From the human T2T-CHM13v2.0 reference genome, Homo sapiens, in the NCBI RefSeq assembly GCF_009914755.1, contig NC_060926.1: DNA of 64,000 nt, one strand, 5' to 3'. The notes under the pieces were generated by a model. The model was not told the DNA's origin, searched no databases, and saw only the letters and a list, made by a program, of their open reading frames with translations. Shown here in pieces: positions 62,086 to 64,000 of the stretch; the first letter of the stretch is position 1, and each line of letters starts with the position of its first letter. A program made the position numbers and the translations under genes.

Positions 62086-63344
62086 TATGTAATCTTATAG
62101 CCCCAGTGAAGTGCTATCATTGCTATGCTATGTGAACTTCAAGTCTAAGGAAACTTGACTTCAGCATCTCTATATGCCCCCTTTCAAAACACTGCTGTTT
62201 CTTTAGAGATTTTTTCCCCCATACTAACCTTTGTGTGCATATTTAGATATGTATTTCATGTAGCGATAACTCCCCATAGTACCGATGGTAATTGGTTACA
62301 AATAAGGGTTGGGTTAACTACATCAGTATTTCAACAAACTTTCTGATTATTATATGTTCTACATACAATTACTGGTAAATAGAAAATAGAAAAATTTTAA
62401 ATCCTCTAGAATGTCAACTCCCAGAGCTAACCATTATAAATTATTCAAAATTTTTGGTAGAATTTATTTAATAGATTTTTAGATAAAATTGCAATAATAC
62501 AGTACATATAATGTGTGTATATTTGAGTATAGTTTTTTGTCTTTTTCTTCAAAAAACATGATTTTTAATAGCTGAAAATCATCCACTGTATGAAACTACT
62601 TGAGTATATTTGAAAGTAAAAATAAGCTGGATTTCAGCCAAACTTCTGTTTCCGTAAGGCAGCAGTGAAAGTACTCCAGGTACAATTCACTGTGGAATCC
62701 TAGACTCAGAGTTGGAAAGGGCCTCCAAGGTCATGCATGAACATGAGAAAGCTCCAGAGAAACTCGTGAATTTTGTTATCTTTTTCTCAGTACTATAACC
62801 ATTATAGAAACCAACTTCATTTGAGAACTAAAGGTAATTAACCCCAGCTATAGCCATAACTTTTTGTATTGTGAATGATGGGTGGCTGATTTTTAGTAAT
62901 TTATTCTAGATAAAAACGTAATTCAAAATTTTGTTCATATTTGTGAACATTTTACACTGAAAAGAGGTGCCATGGGTTATTTCTAATTAGACTTTTCCTT
63001 CAAAGTTAGAGACATTCGATTTCATACAAAAATTTACTTTATAAGTACTCAATAACTTTAGCTGTTTCTTTAACCAAACAAACTGCCTGAAACTCTATTT
63101 TCATAAATATGCTAATGGTTCTCTATTAGCCCACAAACTTTGCCATTACCTTTTATACCCATTATATGGTTTGCTGAGGGAAAGGAAATGAAAGAAATAA
63201 TTTCCATACAATCTTCAGAAATGGGTTCATTCTGCCTCCTTGAAATCGGTCTGGTGTAAAGAGCTCTGAAGCCAAGGAGGTTTTTATAAAAGAAAATCTT
63301 CAGTTGACCTACATGACAAGGATACAACATTATTATTAATAATA

Positions 63345-63423
63345 TTAAGTTGGTGCAAAAGTAATTGTGGGTTTGCCATTGAAAGTACTGCCAAAAACTG
63401 CAATTACTTTTGTGCCAACTGAA
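63345..63423. mobile_element. MADE1 (Hsmar1-derived palindromic MITE)
   Basis: GTTGGTGCAAAAGTAATTG...CAATTACTTTTGTGCCAAC, ~80 bp, TA on both sides. Confidence 0.9.
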
Positions 63424-64000
63424 TAATATTAATTGAATCTATCTCAAGTATCTTAATTATTTTAGTAACATTACTAAGAATGGACAGATATAAATGCCAT
63501 TAAATAACAATGATCCACACAATATTATTTCTCAACAATTCTAACTATTACCACATTTCCTATCATATCCAACTGGAGAGGTCTGGAATTTGTATTTGTC
63601 CAATTCGTCGTGAAGAAAGCTAGGACAAAGATGAAGATAGAGTTTTAGACACACTTATTTAAGGTTCTGAGAGGAAGAAGTGTCAGTTTCCCAATCCCAG
63701 TCAGACCATGTGACCTCACTGGTGGGACATATGAAGAATTTTAATTTTTTTCTTCAAAAGCATGAAGTTTATTCAAAAACATTATTTGAAAACTTTGCTT
63801 GTTGCTTTTCAATCGTTTAATGTCAAATTCACTTTTAGAGGTAGTGTTTATATTTTTTCTACTGTGAAAATAAGGCAGAACAGATGACAACATGTTACAG
63901 CTCAGCCTTGTCATTGGATGGGAGGGGTGAGTAGCTTTCCTAAATTAAATACAACAATGCCAATCTAATACCTGATGTCTAATTTCCACTGACTAAGTGT

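Overview
Repeat-rich, gene-poor human genomic DNA; the L1 carries human-specific L1HS-Ta diagnostics. No host protein-coding exon is recognisable. The main feature is a full-length (~6.04 kb) minus-strand LINE-1 at ~14651-20692. It has a 14-bp target-site duplication, a pure 26-nt poly(A), open ORF1 (338 aa), ORF2 (1275 aa) and antisense ORF0 (71 aa), and diagnostics of the youngest Ta-1d lineage. Its ORF1 has two substitutions in motifs required for retrotransposition (L93P in the coiled-coil stammer; YPAKLS->YPDKLS), so it may be open-framed but cis-defective. The rest is layered older repeats: a near full-length L1MA, truncated L1PA/L1PB copies, about 9 Alus, MaLR solo LTRs, MER5, MER2, MADE1, MIR and L2. 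Several have unusual junctions: templated direct and inverted insertions, a nested fold-back L1, candidate 3' transductions and a probable insertion-mediated deletion. I see no new multi-gene system. The best candidate for something undescribed is a possible in-frame ORF0/downstream-exon fusion driven by the L1 antisense promoter, which is inference only. Subfamily labels and reference residues come from remembered consensus sequences and need RepeatMasker/Dfam confirmation.
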